This document shows, piece after piece, positions 38,311-51,679 of a stretch of DNA of 64,000 nt. Source of the stretch: Glycera tridactyla (lineage: Eukaryota); the NCBI GenBank assembly GCA_965644265.1, contig OZ286471.1:43958001-44022000 (forward strand), read 5' to 3'. The translations under genes and the position numbers were made by a program. Every line of letters begins with the position of its first letter. Position 1 is the stretch's first letter. The notes under the pieces were generated by a model that was not told the origin of the DNA, ran no database searches, and saw only the letters and a program-made list of their open reading frames with translations.

Positions 38311-39176
38311 GTTAGTATATGTTGTATAGGCCATCCTGCTTGTGAGATAGTCATTCAGAATCAGCACTATGTAGGACATTATATGTTTTACAGGCCATCC
38401 TGCTTGTAGGATAGTCACTCTCAAACAGCACTATGTAGGACATTATATGATTCACAGGCCATCTTGCTTTTAGGGAAATCACTCTCTTATAACTTTGTGT
38501 AGGTCAGTATAGACCATCCTGCTTGTAAGATAGTCACTCTCAAACAGCACTATGTAGGTTAGTATATGTTGTACAGACTACCCTGCTTGTAAGATAGTCA
38601 CTCTCAAACAGCACTATGTAGGTTAGTATATTATGTACAGACTATCCTGCTTGTAAGATAGTCACTCTCGAGCAGCACTATGTAGGTTAGTATATGTTGT
38701 ACAGACTGTCCTGCTTGTAAGACAGTCACTCTCAAACAGCACTATGTAGGTTAGTGTATGTTCTACAGAGTGTCCTGCTTGTAAGATAGTCACTCTCAAA
38801 CAGCACTATGTAGGTTAGTATATGTTCTACAGACCGTCCTGCTTGTGAGATAGTCACTCTCAAACAGCACTATGTGGGTCGGTATATGTTTTACAGGTCA
38901 TCCTGCTTTTAGGGTAATCACTCTCTTACAACTCTGTGTAGGCCAGTATAGACCATCCTGCTTGTAGGACAGTCTCTCTCAAACAGAAATATGTAGGTCA
39001 TGTATGTGTTGTACATAGTGTATGTTCTACAGACTGTCCTGCTTGTAAGATAATCACTCTCAGACAGCACTATGTAGGTCAGTATATGTTCTACATGCTA
39101 TCTTGTAGGTAAGAGAGTCACTGTCAAACATCATTATCTGGGTTAGTGTATTTTCTACAGACCATCCTGCTTGTAA
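38283..39176 (+). repeat. 14-unit tandem repeat of about 64 bp, overlapping the end of innexin A exon 1 and filling most of intron 1
   Basis: Unit atagtcactctcaaacagcactatgtag|gttagtatatgttgtacagactaccctgcttgtaag. Units start at about 38283, 38347, 38411, 38475, 38530, 38594, 38658, 38722, 38786, 38850, 38914, 38969, 39050 and 39114. Confidence 0.95.
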
Positions 39177-39293
39177 TCATTCTTAAACAAACATGTATTA
39201 TCATAATTATTATTTTATTATTCTTATCATTATTGCGTTTGATATCACTCTCATTGTCATTGTTATAATCATGATATTTTTCCTATTTCCTAG

Positions 39294-40429
39294 GCGAGCC
39301 CATTCACTGCTGGCATCCGGAGCATTTCACAAGTTCACATGAGAAGTACGCGGACGCGTTATGCTGGGTCAACAATACCTATGTGGTGTCCTTCACAGAG
39401 GAGATCCCCAAAGAGAACGAGGAACACCGCTTTATAGGCTACTACCAATGGACCAGCCTCATCCTCTCCTGCCAGGCAATTCTCTTCTACCTACCCAGGG
39501 CCCTCTGGATGATGTTCAACAAGAAATCAGGCATTGAAGTCACCACCATTACTGGTGCCAGTGTGGAATGCCAGATAAAATCGGACTCGGAAGAAAGGGA
39601 GAAGATTCTCCGGTATATGGTCATGCATATGAGTAGGTTCTTAGGGGAAGTTCGAGGGAAGTTACACTTGAGCTCCCGTCTGAAAAGCATCTTCTGGCGA
39701 GCCTATGGTAGCTATCTTTCCTTCCTTTATATCCTCACGAAGTTGGCTTATTGTTTTAATGCCATCTTTCAACTCGTCGTGCTTGATCTCATGCTGGGAT
39801 TACGTCATCAACTTCACGGTGTCGATTTCCTGTTTCATCTCTTCCGTGACGATGAGGATGTACAGTCACCCTTATTCCCGCGTGTTGCATTCTGTGATTT
39901 CAAGGTGCGTTACCCTGGTAACGTGATGCGCTATACGATCCAATGCTCACTCCCTATCAATTTATTTAACGAGAAAATCTTCCTTGCTGTATGGTTTTGG
40001 CTGGTGGCCATGTCTATCATCAATATTTTCAGTGCACTTGTATGGATTTGGTATGCACTATACATGAAGCAACATTATAGATACGTCAAGACCAGACTAA
40101 TGACGATGAATCAGGAGGAGAAACCGGATATGGACAAGGTTAAAATATTCGTTGGTGAATATCTGAGGCGAGATGGCATCTTCCTAACGTATTTAGTCTC
40201 CGGTAATTCCTCGGATTTCATTGCCTCCGAGCTTATATGTGGTTTGTGGCAGAAGTATTGGGATCCAAAGGTGCTGGGTAAATTTAAAGGACCTCAGCGG
40301 GCGTCCTACAGGGAGCCGAACTTAGACCGCAATATTCATGATATAGCGTCCCACTGGCGTCGTATGTCGACGTCTCGCCGGAGCAGCTCCAGTCGGCGAC
40401 CAAGCAAACTTGATTCAGTCGATGATTGA
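39294..40429 (+). CDS. inx: Innexin A, second (last) coding exon; spliced protein 427 aa
   Basis: tttttcctatttcctag|GC GAG CCC ATT CAC TGC TGG. Encodes (G)EPIHCWHPEHF...ALCWVNNTY...YYQW...FPRVAFCDF...CSLPINLFNEKIF...SVDD*, with the innexin extracellular Cys pairs and the YYQW motif. Confidence 0.95.
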
Positions 40430-40529
40430 GCAAATGTACTGCTCACAGTGCAGCAGAGAAGTGTGAAGACGATGAATGGAATGTGGGTGGTTCTGCTCAA
40501 TTTGTGCATGTGCGTGACGAGTTCGTTAG

Positions 40530-40536
<7 letters not shown>

Positions 40537-40595
<59 letters not shown>

Positions 40596-40614
40596 TGTGT
40601 ATGTGTGTGTGTGT
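40537..40614. repeat. (GT)n microsatellite downstream of the innexin A stop
   Basis: Direct reading. Confidence 0.95.
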
Positions 40615-41091
40615 TTGCCCAAAGATGTTCACCTGTCGGACGCTTTGGATACAAGAGAACTGTGTACCAGAGATGTGGAAAGTTCNNNNNNNNNNNNNNN
40701 NNNNNNNNNNNNNNNNNNNNNNNNNNNNNNNNNNNNNNNNNNNNNNNNNNNNNNNNNNNNNNNNNNNNNNNNNNNNNNNNNNNNNNNNNNNNNNNNNNNN
40801 NNNNNNNNNNNNNNNNNNNNNNNNNNNNNNNNNNNNNNNNNNNNNNNNNNNNNNNNNNNNNNNNNNNNNNNNNNNNNGAAGGGGAGAGAGAGGAAGTGAC
40901 CGATCGACCGACCGAACGATAGGTGGACAGACAAAGGCTGGGACAATGGAGGAGAAAGATGGGAATGAAGAAAAAGTTCACATTTTCTCTTTTTTTCTCA
41001 TATATATGATGCGTTCACTTGCATATGAAATAATGAACGCACACAGACAGAATAGCATATCCGAATTCAGTTGTCAGTATTGAGTGTTGTT

Positions 41092-41110
41092 AATGATGAT
41101 GATGATGATA

Positions 41111-41185
<75 letters not shown>
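41092..41185. repeat. (GAT)n microsatellite
   Basis: Direct reading. Confidence 0.95.
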
Positions 41186-41187
<2 letters not shown>

Positions 41188-42289
41188 ATATGTGATATAA
41201 CCGAACAGTAAAGTCATACAGTAAAGTCATATAGCGCTTGCCGGGAAGGTTGCAGCTTGATGATAGATAGAGAGAGGAAAGGCCAGTAATTCCTTTCATA
41301 CCAATAGGATGATTCCTCTGAAAAACACCGAGTCATGATCAACATATAGTTTTGTGCTAAAGTATTGCGCCATTGGCATCATGGTTCCCATCGCAGCTGC
41401 ACAATGTTTTCAACAGGAACTCATGTCTTTGATTTTGGCTCCGGCGTAATTGATTCAAAGTCGCCACACGTGTAACCACTCCAGGTGATTTTCAAGTAGT
41501 GACACATCTGTTAAACACAAGGAAACCAAATATGTGACAGCTCACTGTTCGAAATCCCCATCATGTGAGCTTCTAGTGAGTTTTCAGAAAATGTAAACAA
41601 AACAGACCTGTCTCAAGTCGAATCAAGCGCTTTCAATGGGACCTTGGGTTCTAGGTATCTCAAGGCTTTAATCGATATTACAGTCGAGGTTCACTTCGTG
41701 ATTTGCCTAGATGGCTTTAAACGCCAGTAAACTGTTCAGTTCAACTAAGACCCATTTCAAGAGAACCATACCCATTCAATGGGCGGATACACAGTGATGA
41801 AATGACCCGTTGTATATTTGATATGCATGAGGTCAGATGATAGATAAGAGAGCCGAGTATGGTCACCATCTATTGTGGTATTCATTGACATTTTTGTAAT
41901 ACGTATATGCATGTAGGTGTTTTCTTGACTGTACATACATTTCATATTTATGACATTGACTTATTCGGTACGTTTGCGGTGTGTCCGATAACTCATATTT
42001 TGAAATCATTTTTTATAATACTTGAATCTCATACGTGTTGGTGATTACGGTGATGATGACAGCAATGTCCTTGATGATGTCATCAATATTTTGATGTTTC
42101 TACCAGCAGTTTCATTGCTTGTAATGTGATAGTGTTGTGGGGCATAAAGCGGGTTGATTGTGGAGTGAGTGGTCGTAATACAAGGGGGTGGGGGCGAGAT
42201 GATCGCTAATCGCAGGCACAAGATCGCTTACAATAAGGGACATCATCCCCAGATTATGCTGGTGAAAGTAATGGAGGTGGTGATGGCGG

Positions 42290-42660
42290 TGGCAAGTTGT
42301 TGGTGGCGGTATCCGTTGTCGTCGTCACCATCATGATCGTCGTCATAGTAATGGTGGTAGTGAGAGTTCTGATGGTGTCGGTGGTGATGGTGGTGGTGAT
42401 GATGATGATATCGGTGGTGATAGTGATGGTGAAGTATGTGATGGTGGTGGTGGTGATGGTGGTGGTGGTGATGATGGTCGTCGTGGTCATGTTCGTCATG
42501 GCTGTGGTGGTACTTCTGGTGACCATTGTGGTCGTATTGATGGGTGCGATTGTGGTTGTGGTGGCGGTGATGGTTGGGGCTGTGGTGATTGTGGCAGTGG
42601 ATGCGAGTAAGATGGTGGTAATGGTGATTGTTGGTGGTGTGGGTGGTGGTTATGGTGGCA
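42290..42660. repeat. (GGT/GAT)n low-complexity tract
   Basis: Direct reading; it ends at an N gap. Confidence 0.85.
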
Positions 42661-45134
42661 GCCAGATTCNNNNNNNNNNNNNNNNNNNNNNNNNNNNNNN
42701 NNNNNNNNNNNNNNNNNNNNNNNNNNNNNNNNNNNNNNNNNNNNNNNNNNNNNNNNNNNNNNNNNNNNNNNNNNNNNNNNNNNNNNNNNNNNNNNNNNNN
42801 NNNNNNNNNNNNNNNNNNNNNNNNNNNNNNNNNNNNNNNNNNNNNNNNNNNNNNNNNNNNCGATACATTGCCTTCGCACAAACTTTATCTCGAAGCACAT
42901 GATTAAAAATCAACTTCATTTGCATTTTCATCAACCTACATTATGACACAGTTATTTGATCATATTACAATTCTTAGAAGTCTTGTGGTGGAACACATGA
43001 GGGAGTATAGAATAGCCAGTATCTCACACTTATGACTGATCATATCCTTTCAAAGTCTCATGCATGATGTCAGTAAAGATGATTTATATTTTGTTTAGAT
43101 TCTTTTAATAAATATATTTTACAATTTCACGAATGAATGTACCAGTGCTCTTGGTTTTGTTATTCTCACCCCTTCCATTGCAACTTCATCGTGTTTTTAT
43201 GTTATCATCTTGTTGGTCAAAGGGGTGCCAGAACACTGGGACCTGGAGAATAATTTGGTTTAGTTTGGTTGTGTTCCTGGTCTATGTAGAATATAAATGC
43301 AATACTCCCTGCACGTATCACTCACACAAACGCTAAACACAAAATGGTGCGGAGCTAAAAAGGATATCAAATGGAAAAGGCTGACAGTTCATACACGCCT
43401 CTACCTGTCTAACCAGAACATGATGAAGAATAGTTCCCATTTATTCTCATTAAAAGACATCAAGTTTAGAATCCAGTGTTACCAACTGGAAGGTAATGAT
43501 GTAAGGCAACAAACATCGGATTGCCAATAGATGCGTACGTCCCCCCCCCCCAAACAAAAGAAAGAAAATCTGTGAATTTCATTGAACTTCATCGTTCGGA
43601 GAGGAGGGTTCGTAAAATACCAATTCCCACATGTGAGCATATGAATACATCCAGATTTATGTGTCGGTACTACCCAAAATTGACAAACTGAGTCCTCCAC
43701 ATTCTTGTGTTTGAAGTTTGTGAGGGTGGTGCTTGCAGGAGTCAGAGCCTCCGTGGATCTGGTACACACATCGTGCATAATCAATCGTCAGCTTCCAGAC
43801 AGTCACATAGTTAGATATGCCATTGTTAGATTCAGTATGTTCGTGTTTAAATGGCAGACGTGTGTCTTTACGGTCAGCAATCACACAAAATTCCATATTC
43901 CAATCATCTTGGCTTCAGGGTCTGTGAGAGTGATGCCTGCTCGCGACAGAACATTCAACTTCCATTGACCAGGTACAAATGGCATACACAATTCTCAGGG
44001 TGAGGTTTGCCATCATACCTCAACCAAATCAAACCTTAGGTTGGTACTTACCGTCGAACCCCAACCAACCACCATGATACAGGGTATGTGGTGTTGATAG
44101 GGTGGATGACGAATCAACAGAGCACCGCCCTGGGTGTCACTGAAGACATCCAGCGCGGGGTTTGTCCTGTCATAGTCTGATGGCTCACGTAATTGACAAA
44201 TCAACGTAAGAATACTCATTATGCCTGAATTTGACAGGTCGTAATTGAACTCATTGATCGAATATTTTCCAAACCCAATTATATTTCTGGTTATGAGCAT
44301 CTAGTTTTCATTACCAGGAATACATTTATTATGCGCTGGGTTGATCCTCAACCATCCAACCATCCAATCAGACCAACAAAGATATTATGCTCGGAGTCAG
44401 CACAGGGTTGAGTAGATGGCTCCTTCCTAAACAAGATGCCCAGGTGATGACTGTGATAGTAAACCATAGTACACGTGGATATCCGAAAAAGGCCAACTCT
44501 ATCCAAAGGCCACGATCACACATTTCCCAAGGAGAACAATCACTCGCTACACTGAGAAGATGCAATGGAAATAATCTAGTATCATTGGTAGCGCTGAAAA
44601 GATTTATGATATATTTCGAATGAGTCAGAGGAGAATACGAATGTTTTAGTTCAAGTAATAGTGTGCGTGTGTCAGATGGAATTTTCACACAGTAGATCAG
44701 CGGCAACATAGTGTGAGGATTCTGAGGAAGTATCCCCACTACGTTTGACGATATGAAAATTGCATGTCTTGATTCAGTAATCCAAGTCACAAGGGCCTGT
44801 GTTGCCGGAGGCGTAAGTACCCTCGAATGACGTGGGAATTCTTCAATCACCATGTACCTCTAAAAGAAGGAAAACCATGGCCATTCTAAAATCACCGAGC
44901 CTGGTCTGTACTCTCTATTCTGCAAAAAGCTCTGATTACCAAACTCCCCTTGTTCACAGAGTCACCGCTTAAGGTGTTATATTGCATGGTTCGTGGCGTA
45001 TTCGGGCTCAGCCCCAGTGCCTATTCGGCAGTTGTACTCTTCCGTTGAGAGCTGGTGTCTCCCTGGAATCTGCTTCAATGCATATACTACATTCAACAAG
45101 CAAATAAAACACATTAAAACCTACGTCTACTATG

Positions 45135-45831
45135 CTGGAGAGTGTTTCGTCTCCTTATCCGAGCAGAGCTAAGTCACAACACGACAAGGGGTATCTGAAG
45201 AGTGTTACTTCTCCTTATTCGAACAGAGCTAAGTCACAAGTCGACAAGGGATATCTGGAGAGTGTTTCGTCTCCTTATCCGAGCAGAGCTAAGTCACAAC
45301 ACGACAAGGGGTATTTGGAGAGTGTTACTTCTCCTTATCCGAGCAGAGCTAAGTCACAACACGACAAGGGGTATTTGGAGAGTGTTTTCTCTCCTTATCC
45401 GAGCAGAGCTAAGTCAAAACACGACAAGGGGTATCCGGAGAGTGTTTCGTCCCCTTATCCAAGCAAAGCTGAGTCTCACAACGACAACCGGTATTTGGAG
45501 AGTGTTTCGACTCCTTATCTGAGCAGAGCTGAGTCACAACATGACAAGGGGTATCTGGAAAGTGTATCCTCTTCTTATTCGAACAGAGCTGAGTCACAAC
45601 ACAACAAGGGGTATCTGGATAGTGTTTCGTCTCCTTATCTGAGCAGAGCTAAGGCACAACACAACAAGGGGTATCTGGAGAGTATTTCTTCTCCTTATCC
45701 GAGCAGAGCCAAATCACAAGACTACAAAGGGTATCTGGAGGGTGTTTCGTCTCCTTATCCAAGCAGAGCTAAGTCATAACACGGCAAGGGGTATCTGGAG
45801 AGTGTTTTCTCTCCTTATCCGAGCAGAGCTC
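45135..45831 (+). repeat. 60-bp minisatellite, about 11.6 units
   Basis: Unit ctggagagtgtttcgtctccttatccgagcagagctaagtcacaacacgacaaggggtat stays in register with the 60-nt lines, so there are no indels. Confidence 0.95.
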
Positions 45832-48647
45832 ATTAAACTGATGACCAAAATGGCCAATGTTCACAACTTAATACCGAGCCAGAATCTGCGCACAGACAAC
45901 CAGGTGAAACGATTCATATGTGCATGGATGTCGTAGCAGCGATGACTCACATACATCTATTGCATGTATCATATATCAGCATCTATTCACCACATTCAGG
46001 TATGGCAACCACAAGTCATCACGAAATATCTGATCTGAGGAGTCCATCATGGATGGGGGGGGGGGATGTCAGGCTGAATAATGGCTGGTCTAAGACATAA
46101 CCTTATTTGATTGCACCTTATCACCAATTCAGACTGTGCAGACTCTAAGGGTGTGTCATTTATTCCAGTGAAGTTCAAATATTGAAGCTCATCATGTAGA
46201 GTATCAACACAAACTTTGGTGGAAGTATGGGTGGAATTGGTAATTTGATACGTAGTTGAAAGATTGAGATCATAGATTTGAAATACACACTTTTGTTCAC
46301 TAGTATTGTTTTGTTTCAGGTGAGCTCATGAAGTTGCTCCAAAAACTGACTTTTCACTATGTACACATAACATGCCACTGTCTTTGACATACAAAGTCTG
46401 AAAAACCCTCAAATGGTATCTAGACATCCACATTGCTAACTCTCTTTACTGGCTACTTTAGCCAAGCCCCTACTCAAATTTTGAGTCTTGTGATACACAG
46501 GTGAATCTGGCAAAAAGCATGGCTAGACATTGCTGACTGACGACAGTGAAAATTGGGACTAAGTCTCAGCTCATACCCATGGCCGATGCGCCTGTTGCAT
46601 GGTGATAATCTTGCTGAAAACCATCAGTAACCTACATGTGATATCTGTTCCTAAGAGCAATTGAGGGTGAGCTCAGAGAGACAGGGCAGACATAAAGACG
46701 AATAGACCGGATGGAAATGCTTCAAGATAGGTGATACAGAATTCTGAAGCTGAGTTCTGCATTGACCCCCACACCAAAAAACGAGAAAGAATAATCATAC
46801 TTGTGGGCCACATCAAAGTAAAGTACCGAGGCCCGTTGATAAATTCCGTCTTGATAAACCCTGGAACCATACCTACCCAGAGGGAGAAGAAAGGAAAAAC
46901 GTAGAATTTGTAATTGCCTAATTATTCTGCACATTATTCTCTTATATGCTGTTGAGGGGGAGATGTGTCTCTTGGTACACCTCTCCGGATCAATAGAACT
47001 TATGAAGCCTTGTGAAGCCAGGCTTCTCTTCCATCTGATACATTGCACACGCTGCTATTTATCAGAGTCAAGCGTACACAAATAGATCAAAACAATGCAG
47101 GAGGAAATGGCATCAGAAGTGGGGAGATGTCTCGTCTCACTCGATTGAAGTCATTGCTGTAATCATTCGATATGATGTCAAAATGAATCACAGCAAAATC
47201 GGTTCTTGTCAATTACTGATGTTCAGTGCGGAAAGAATGATGCACATTAAAGTCAAACTCAAACTCAAATTCAAAATTCTTTTTTTTCAACACGCAAGCA
47301 TCGTGAGTGAAAATTACATAGTGAAAAGCACGTGACACTCGTTCAACTGAGTCGCGCGTGTCCCCTTCAAAAGAGAAAAGAGAAGAGATTAGTTAGAACA
47401 AGTGAGTAGAGAGATATAGTTGTGTGGATGCTACATACAGGACACATCCAGAGTGCAATGCCCAGGCATCCACCCGGCAGACATCCCGAAACCGCCACAA
47501 AGCCTTCCATACCCGATACCACACAAAGTGGCTGTCATGCATGGTGCTATTTCATTCCGGTGAGTTCTTTCTATAACGTGTTGAAAACGTGTTGGAATGA
47601 ATCGAAACCCCATCTAGGGATGAAAAATGATACCGAATGAGCAGTTCCTGAAATGGAGTGAATGGGGTATCCACAACGCCCCCATGTCTAGCTCCCCAGA
47701 TTTTGTCCACCTAATTTGCCTATCAAACATACCGCAGCGAATCAAGCTCTCGTACCCGTTTCACAGAAGCTCATATCCACTCAACACCCTCGTCATGGGA
47801 CCTACTACAGTACTTTTCACCTACACAAATATTCTAAGCTCCCCATCAATTCAGCGAATTGACCCATGGATGATTGTACTCGCATGGGAGGGCGGAAATA
47901 GAGGTCGGTAATGTCCATGTTGATTCCTAATTTGGAACTTTTGAAAAATACAAATAATCCAAATTCGAATTTGTCCAGACCGAATATGAGATTGAATGAC
48001 GGAAAAAAGGATAGCACCTGCAAATCATCGCGTCCATGTGGTATTTTTGGAGAGGAAGATGAACTGGAAACGGAAAGAACGTGGAGGATTGCGAGGTGTA
48101 TGGTAGTATCCCAACATTGGACGGGTCCTTTGACGGGTATACGATTGTGACACACTTGCGGCTCTTGTCCCCCACATATACGTACATAGGCTGGTCGGGG
48201 ACACACACAGAAGGCATGTGGTGGCATGGAAACTGATCCATAGACAGAGAGACAAGACAAAGAATATGTACAGATAGCATCTGTGCCGTAAATGCTGGTC
48301 TCCGAGGATGATGTCGAGATCATGAGGTTAGATTTGAACGGATTTATCTGGGGGCTTGATGTCCCCTCGTCTTGCTGTCTTTCCGAATGTCAGTCTTCTC
48401 ATTCGTTTGCCTCCCTATCTATCAATTCGTCAGTACATATATATCTCTTTCCATCTCGTTGTCACCCAATCTTCGTCTGTATGTCTGTCTTTTTGTTTGT
48501 ATCTCTGTATGCCTGTCTGCTTGTCTGTCTGTCATTCTTGCTGTCTGACTGGCTGGTTGGCTACCAGATTGACTAGCTGTTTGCATCTCTCCATCTCCCT
48601 CTCCCTCTCCCTCTCGCTCTCTCCCAGTCCGTCCATTCATTCAAACA

Positions 48648-48748
48648 TTCATCCATCCATCCATCCACCCATCCACCCACCCATCCATCCATCCATCCAT
48701 CCATCCATCCATCCATCCATCCATCCATATATCCATCTCTCATCCATT
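48648..48748. repeat. (CCAT)n microsatellite
   Basis: Direct reading. Confidence 0.9.
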
Positions 48749-49723
48749 CTCTCACGGTGGCTGGCTCTATCGCTTCCCCTCTCACTGTCATTGTCTGTTT
48801 ACCTGTGTGTCTGCCCCCCTCCCCCTCTCTCTCTATGTCTCACGAACAAACACGCCTATATCAATCCATTATCTCCTACTCCTCCATTCTCACGCTCTCC
48901 CCTCGCTCNNNNNNNNNNNNNNNNNNNNNNNNNNNNNNNNNNNNNNNNNNNNNNNNNNNNNNNNNNNNNNNNNNNNNNNNNNNNNNNNNNNNNNNNNNNN
49001 NNNNNNNNNNNNNNNNNNNNNNNNNNNNNNNNNNNNNNNNNNNNNNNNNNNNNNCTCTATCGCTTCCCCTTCCACTGTCATTGACATTGTTTACCCGTGT
49101 GTCTGCCCCCCCCCCCCCCCTCCCACCTCTCTCTCTCTCTCTGTCTCACGAACAAACACGCCTATATCAATCCATCATCTCCCACTCCTCCATTCCATGC
49201 CTTCTCCCTCTTATAGTATGAGTTCTCCAGGGGACAAGGCAGATAATTGTTCACACTTCTGGCAGCCAACTAGTAACGTTGACATTTGATTCGACGCAGG
49301 ACAGCTAAATGCATTTATTTTGTTTATACAACTACTTAGCGGCGACGCTTCATGGGCGAGTGGTCATGAAAACAAAACAAACGTAATGTGAATGAGGTAT
49401 ATCAACATAATTAGGAGGCGTATTCAGACAAGGATTTACTCTCAACAAGGAAACATGGTGGAGCTCTCAGCTTCATACCTGTATTATATATACAAGTCTG
49501 TAAGAACTAAGCACAACACGTACGCAAAAACGTACACACGCACACATACATGTAGGCACATGCAGAAATACACGAACAAAGACTCATACACACAGTGTTT
49601 TTGGATCCTGAATTTTATACAGTCTAAGATATCATGCATGCTTATGTGTAATTCTAGCCAAGCTTGGTTCCTTGTGAGAAGATGGAAATTACATTGTTGA
49701 AGTAAAAAAACACCCTTTGAATG

Positions 49724-49724
<1 letters not shown>

Positions 49725-49802
<78 letters not shown>
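49725..49802. repeat. (CA)n microsatellite
   Basis: Direct reading. Confidence 0.95.
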
Positions 49803-49805
<3 letters not shown>

Positions 49806-50435
49806 CACTCACTGAAAAAGGGCACCCCACCCCAATAGATCGTGCGCACCTGGACATCACCAAATGGGTACGACTGTTGGACCGGATCAATCAATCACTC
49901 ATTCACTCACTCGCTCTTTCATTCACTCACTCACTCAAACAGTCAATCAATCGATCAGCGTCATCATTATCGTCCTTGTCGTCGTCAAACTCGCTTACGT
50001 ATTCGTGTGTTTTGTGTTGTGTGAGTTGTCANNNNNNNNNNNNNNNNNNNNNNNNNNNNNNNNNNNNNNNNNNNNNNNNNNNNNNNNNNNNNNNNNNNNN
50101 NNNNNNNNNNNNNNNNNNNNNNNNNNNNNNNNNNNNNNNNNNNNNNNNNNNNNNNNNNNNNNNNGTGCGCACGATTACCTCTATTTACCCTCTACCAGCA
50201 CACGTCTTTTATTTGCATACACCACATTTCCCTTCTTTGAATGATTACAGTTTCCCTTTGTTTACATGTGTATTCATATATTTACATTTGTTTCTGATCT
50301 TAGTTTTGGTTTGTGTACACCATTTTTTACAAGTTAGTTTGAGCGATTGTGAGTCTGTTTGGTGAACGAAGATAGAGCAATACTTCAAGCAAGGGAGTGT
50401 ATTTGCCCCATTCCGGTGGGGGTAACTGCGTCATC

Positions 50436-50589
50436 ATGGATACGCTGATGAAAGTTGGAATAGGGGGTGATGTAAATGACCCTCGGGCAAACAGTGGTGA
50501 CAGCGCTATCGATCGACTCAACTGTCGCCACACGGTGGCGCTTCTCTTCATGTTTTCCGCCGTCGTAACGTTGGAACAACATTACATGA
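50436..50589 (+). CDS. inx: Innexin B, coding exon 1 (154 nt)
   Basis: ATG GAT ACG...TAC ATG A|gtaagt. Encodes MDTLMKVGIGGDVNDPRANSGDSAIDRLNCRHTVALLFMFSAVVTLEQHYM. Confidence 0.93.
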
Positions 50590-51430
50590 GTAAGTTCACA
50601 TTTTCACACACATTCCATGGACGTCATTTCGACCTGTCACTCTCGGTGTTTTCTACATCCCTTGTCATCATTTTGGCGTTGATAGTCCTTCGACCAATAG
50701 TGTGTTATATATCAAAGCTTTCGCCCTAAATGCCATAAACATAGCCTCAAATGGATCGTCATTCACCATATATAAGCATTTTTAACCTCCTAACTATTAC
50801 AACAGCTATGTTATGCCCTTCTTTCCGGGAAGGGGGGGGGGTGGAGGGCGCATTTCGACTTTCGTTATGTCTCTCTGTCTGTCTGTCAGTCTGTCTGTCC
50901 GTCCATCTGTCTATTCGCCTCTCTGTCAGGCCGTATATCCATCTGTCTGTCTGCTGGCTCAATAGATCAAATGTCTTAAGTATCCATAAATCAATGAATG
51001 AATTACCATGGACCAATCCTTCTGTACTGTGGATCCAACAAGCTCTTACTTGCTGAAACGTTTCGACGATTTTGACAAGTTCAGAATTTGATCTCACCAG
51101 AACACAGAAAAGCCCAATCAGTGCACGTGTATATTCAGTGTGCTGTCTTAAATGACAACTTAAGTTTCTGTAATTTTCATATCATTTGCCATTCATGTGG
51201 GGTTTTGAAGGATGCTTGGTGGAGTCTTGAATGATCCAATATACGTCCACTGCATGTGCGTCTCAAAAATACCCAAGCTGGTACTGACGAGATATTGAAC
51301 AAGCTGATGATTAACCAATTTGCTATCTGCTTATACAAGCTGCGTGTTCTCCGACTACGAGATTCAAAATTAGAGATCATCGAACTTTTGTCACATTTTG
51401 TGACATTTTTGTCACATTTCTTGATTGCAG

Positions 51431-51558
51431 ATGACCCCATCAAGTGCTGGCACCCGGCGCATTTCAGCACATCCCATCAGAAGTATGCTGATGCTCTGTG
51501 TTGGGTGAACAACACGTATGTCCTGAGATTTGACGAAACTGTCCCCAAATCTCATGAG
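51431..51558 (+). CDS. inx: Innexin B, coding exon 2 (128 nt)
   Basis: ttcttgattgcag|AT GAC CCC ATC AAG TGC TGG...CAT GAG|gttagt. Encodes (N)DPIKCWHPAHFSTSHQKYADALCWVNNTYVLRFDETVPKSHE. Confidence 0.93.
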
Positions 51559-51679
51559 GTTAGTATAGGATGAATGAAGCATGCACCCATATTTTCAATA
51601 CAATGATCACCTCGGACATCATGGTATCCTATCGACTCCGCTTGAAATGTGTCTTCGTTCGATACTTCTGTACTCTCAG

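Noticed and set aside
39383-39385. GTG start of the 348-aa ORF as the innexin A start
   Set aside because: The frame extends upstream to the acceptor at 39293, and the true N-terminus is in exon 38163-38310.
46673-47048. Minus-strand hydrophobic ORFs after a pyrimidine tract
   Set aside because: Two competing frames, neither recognisable; cannot be supported without a search.
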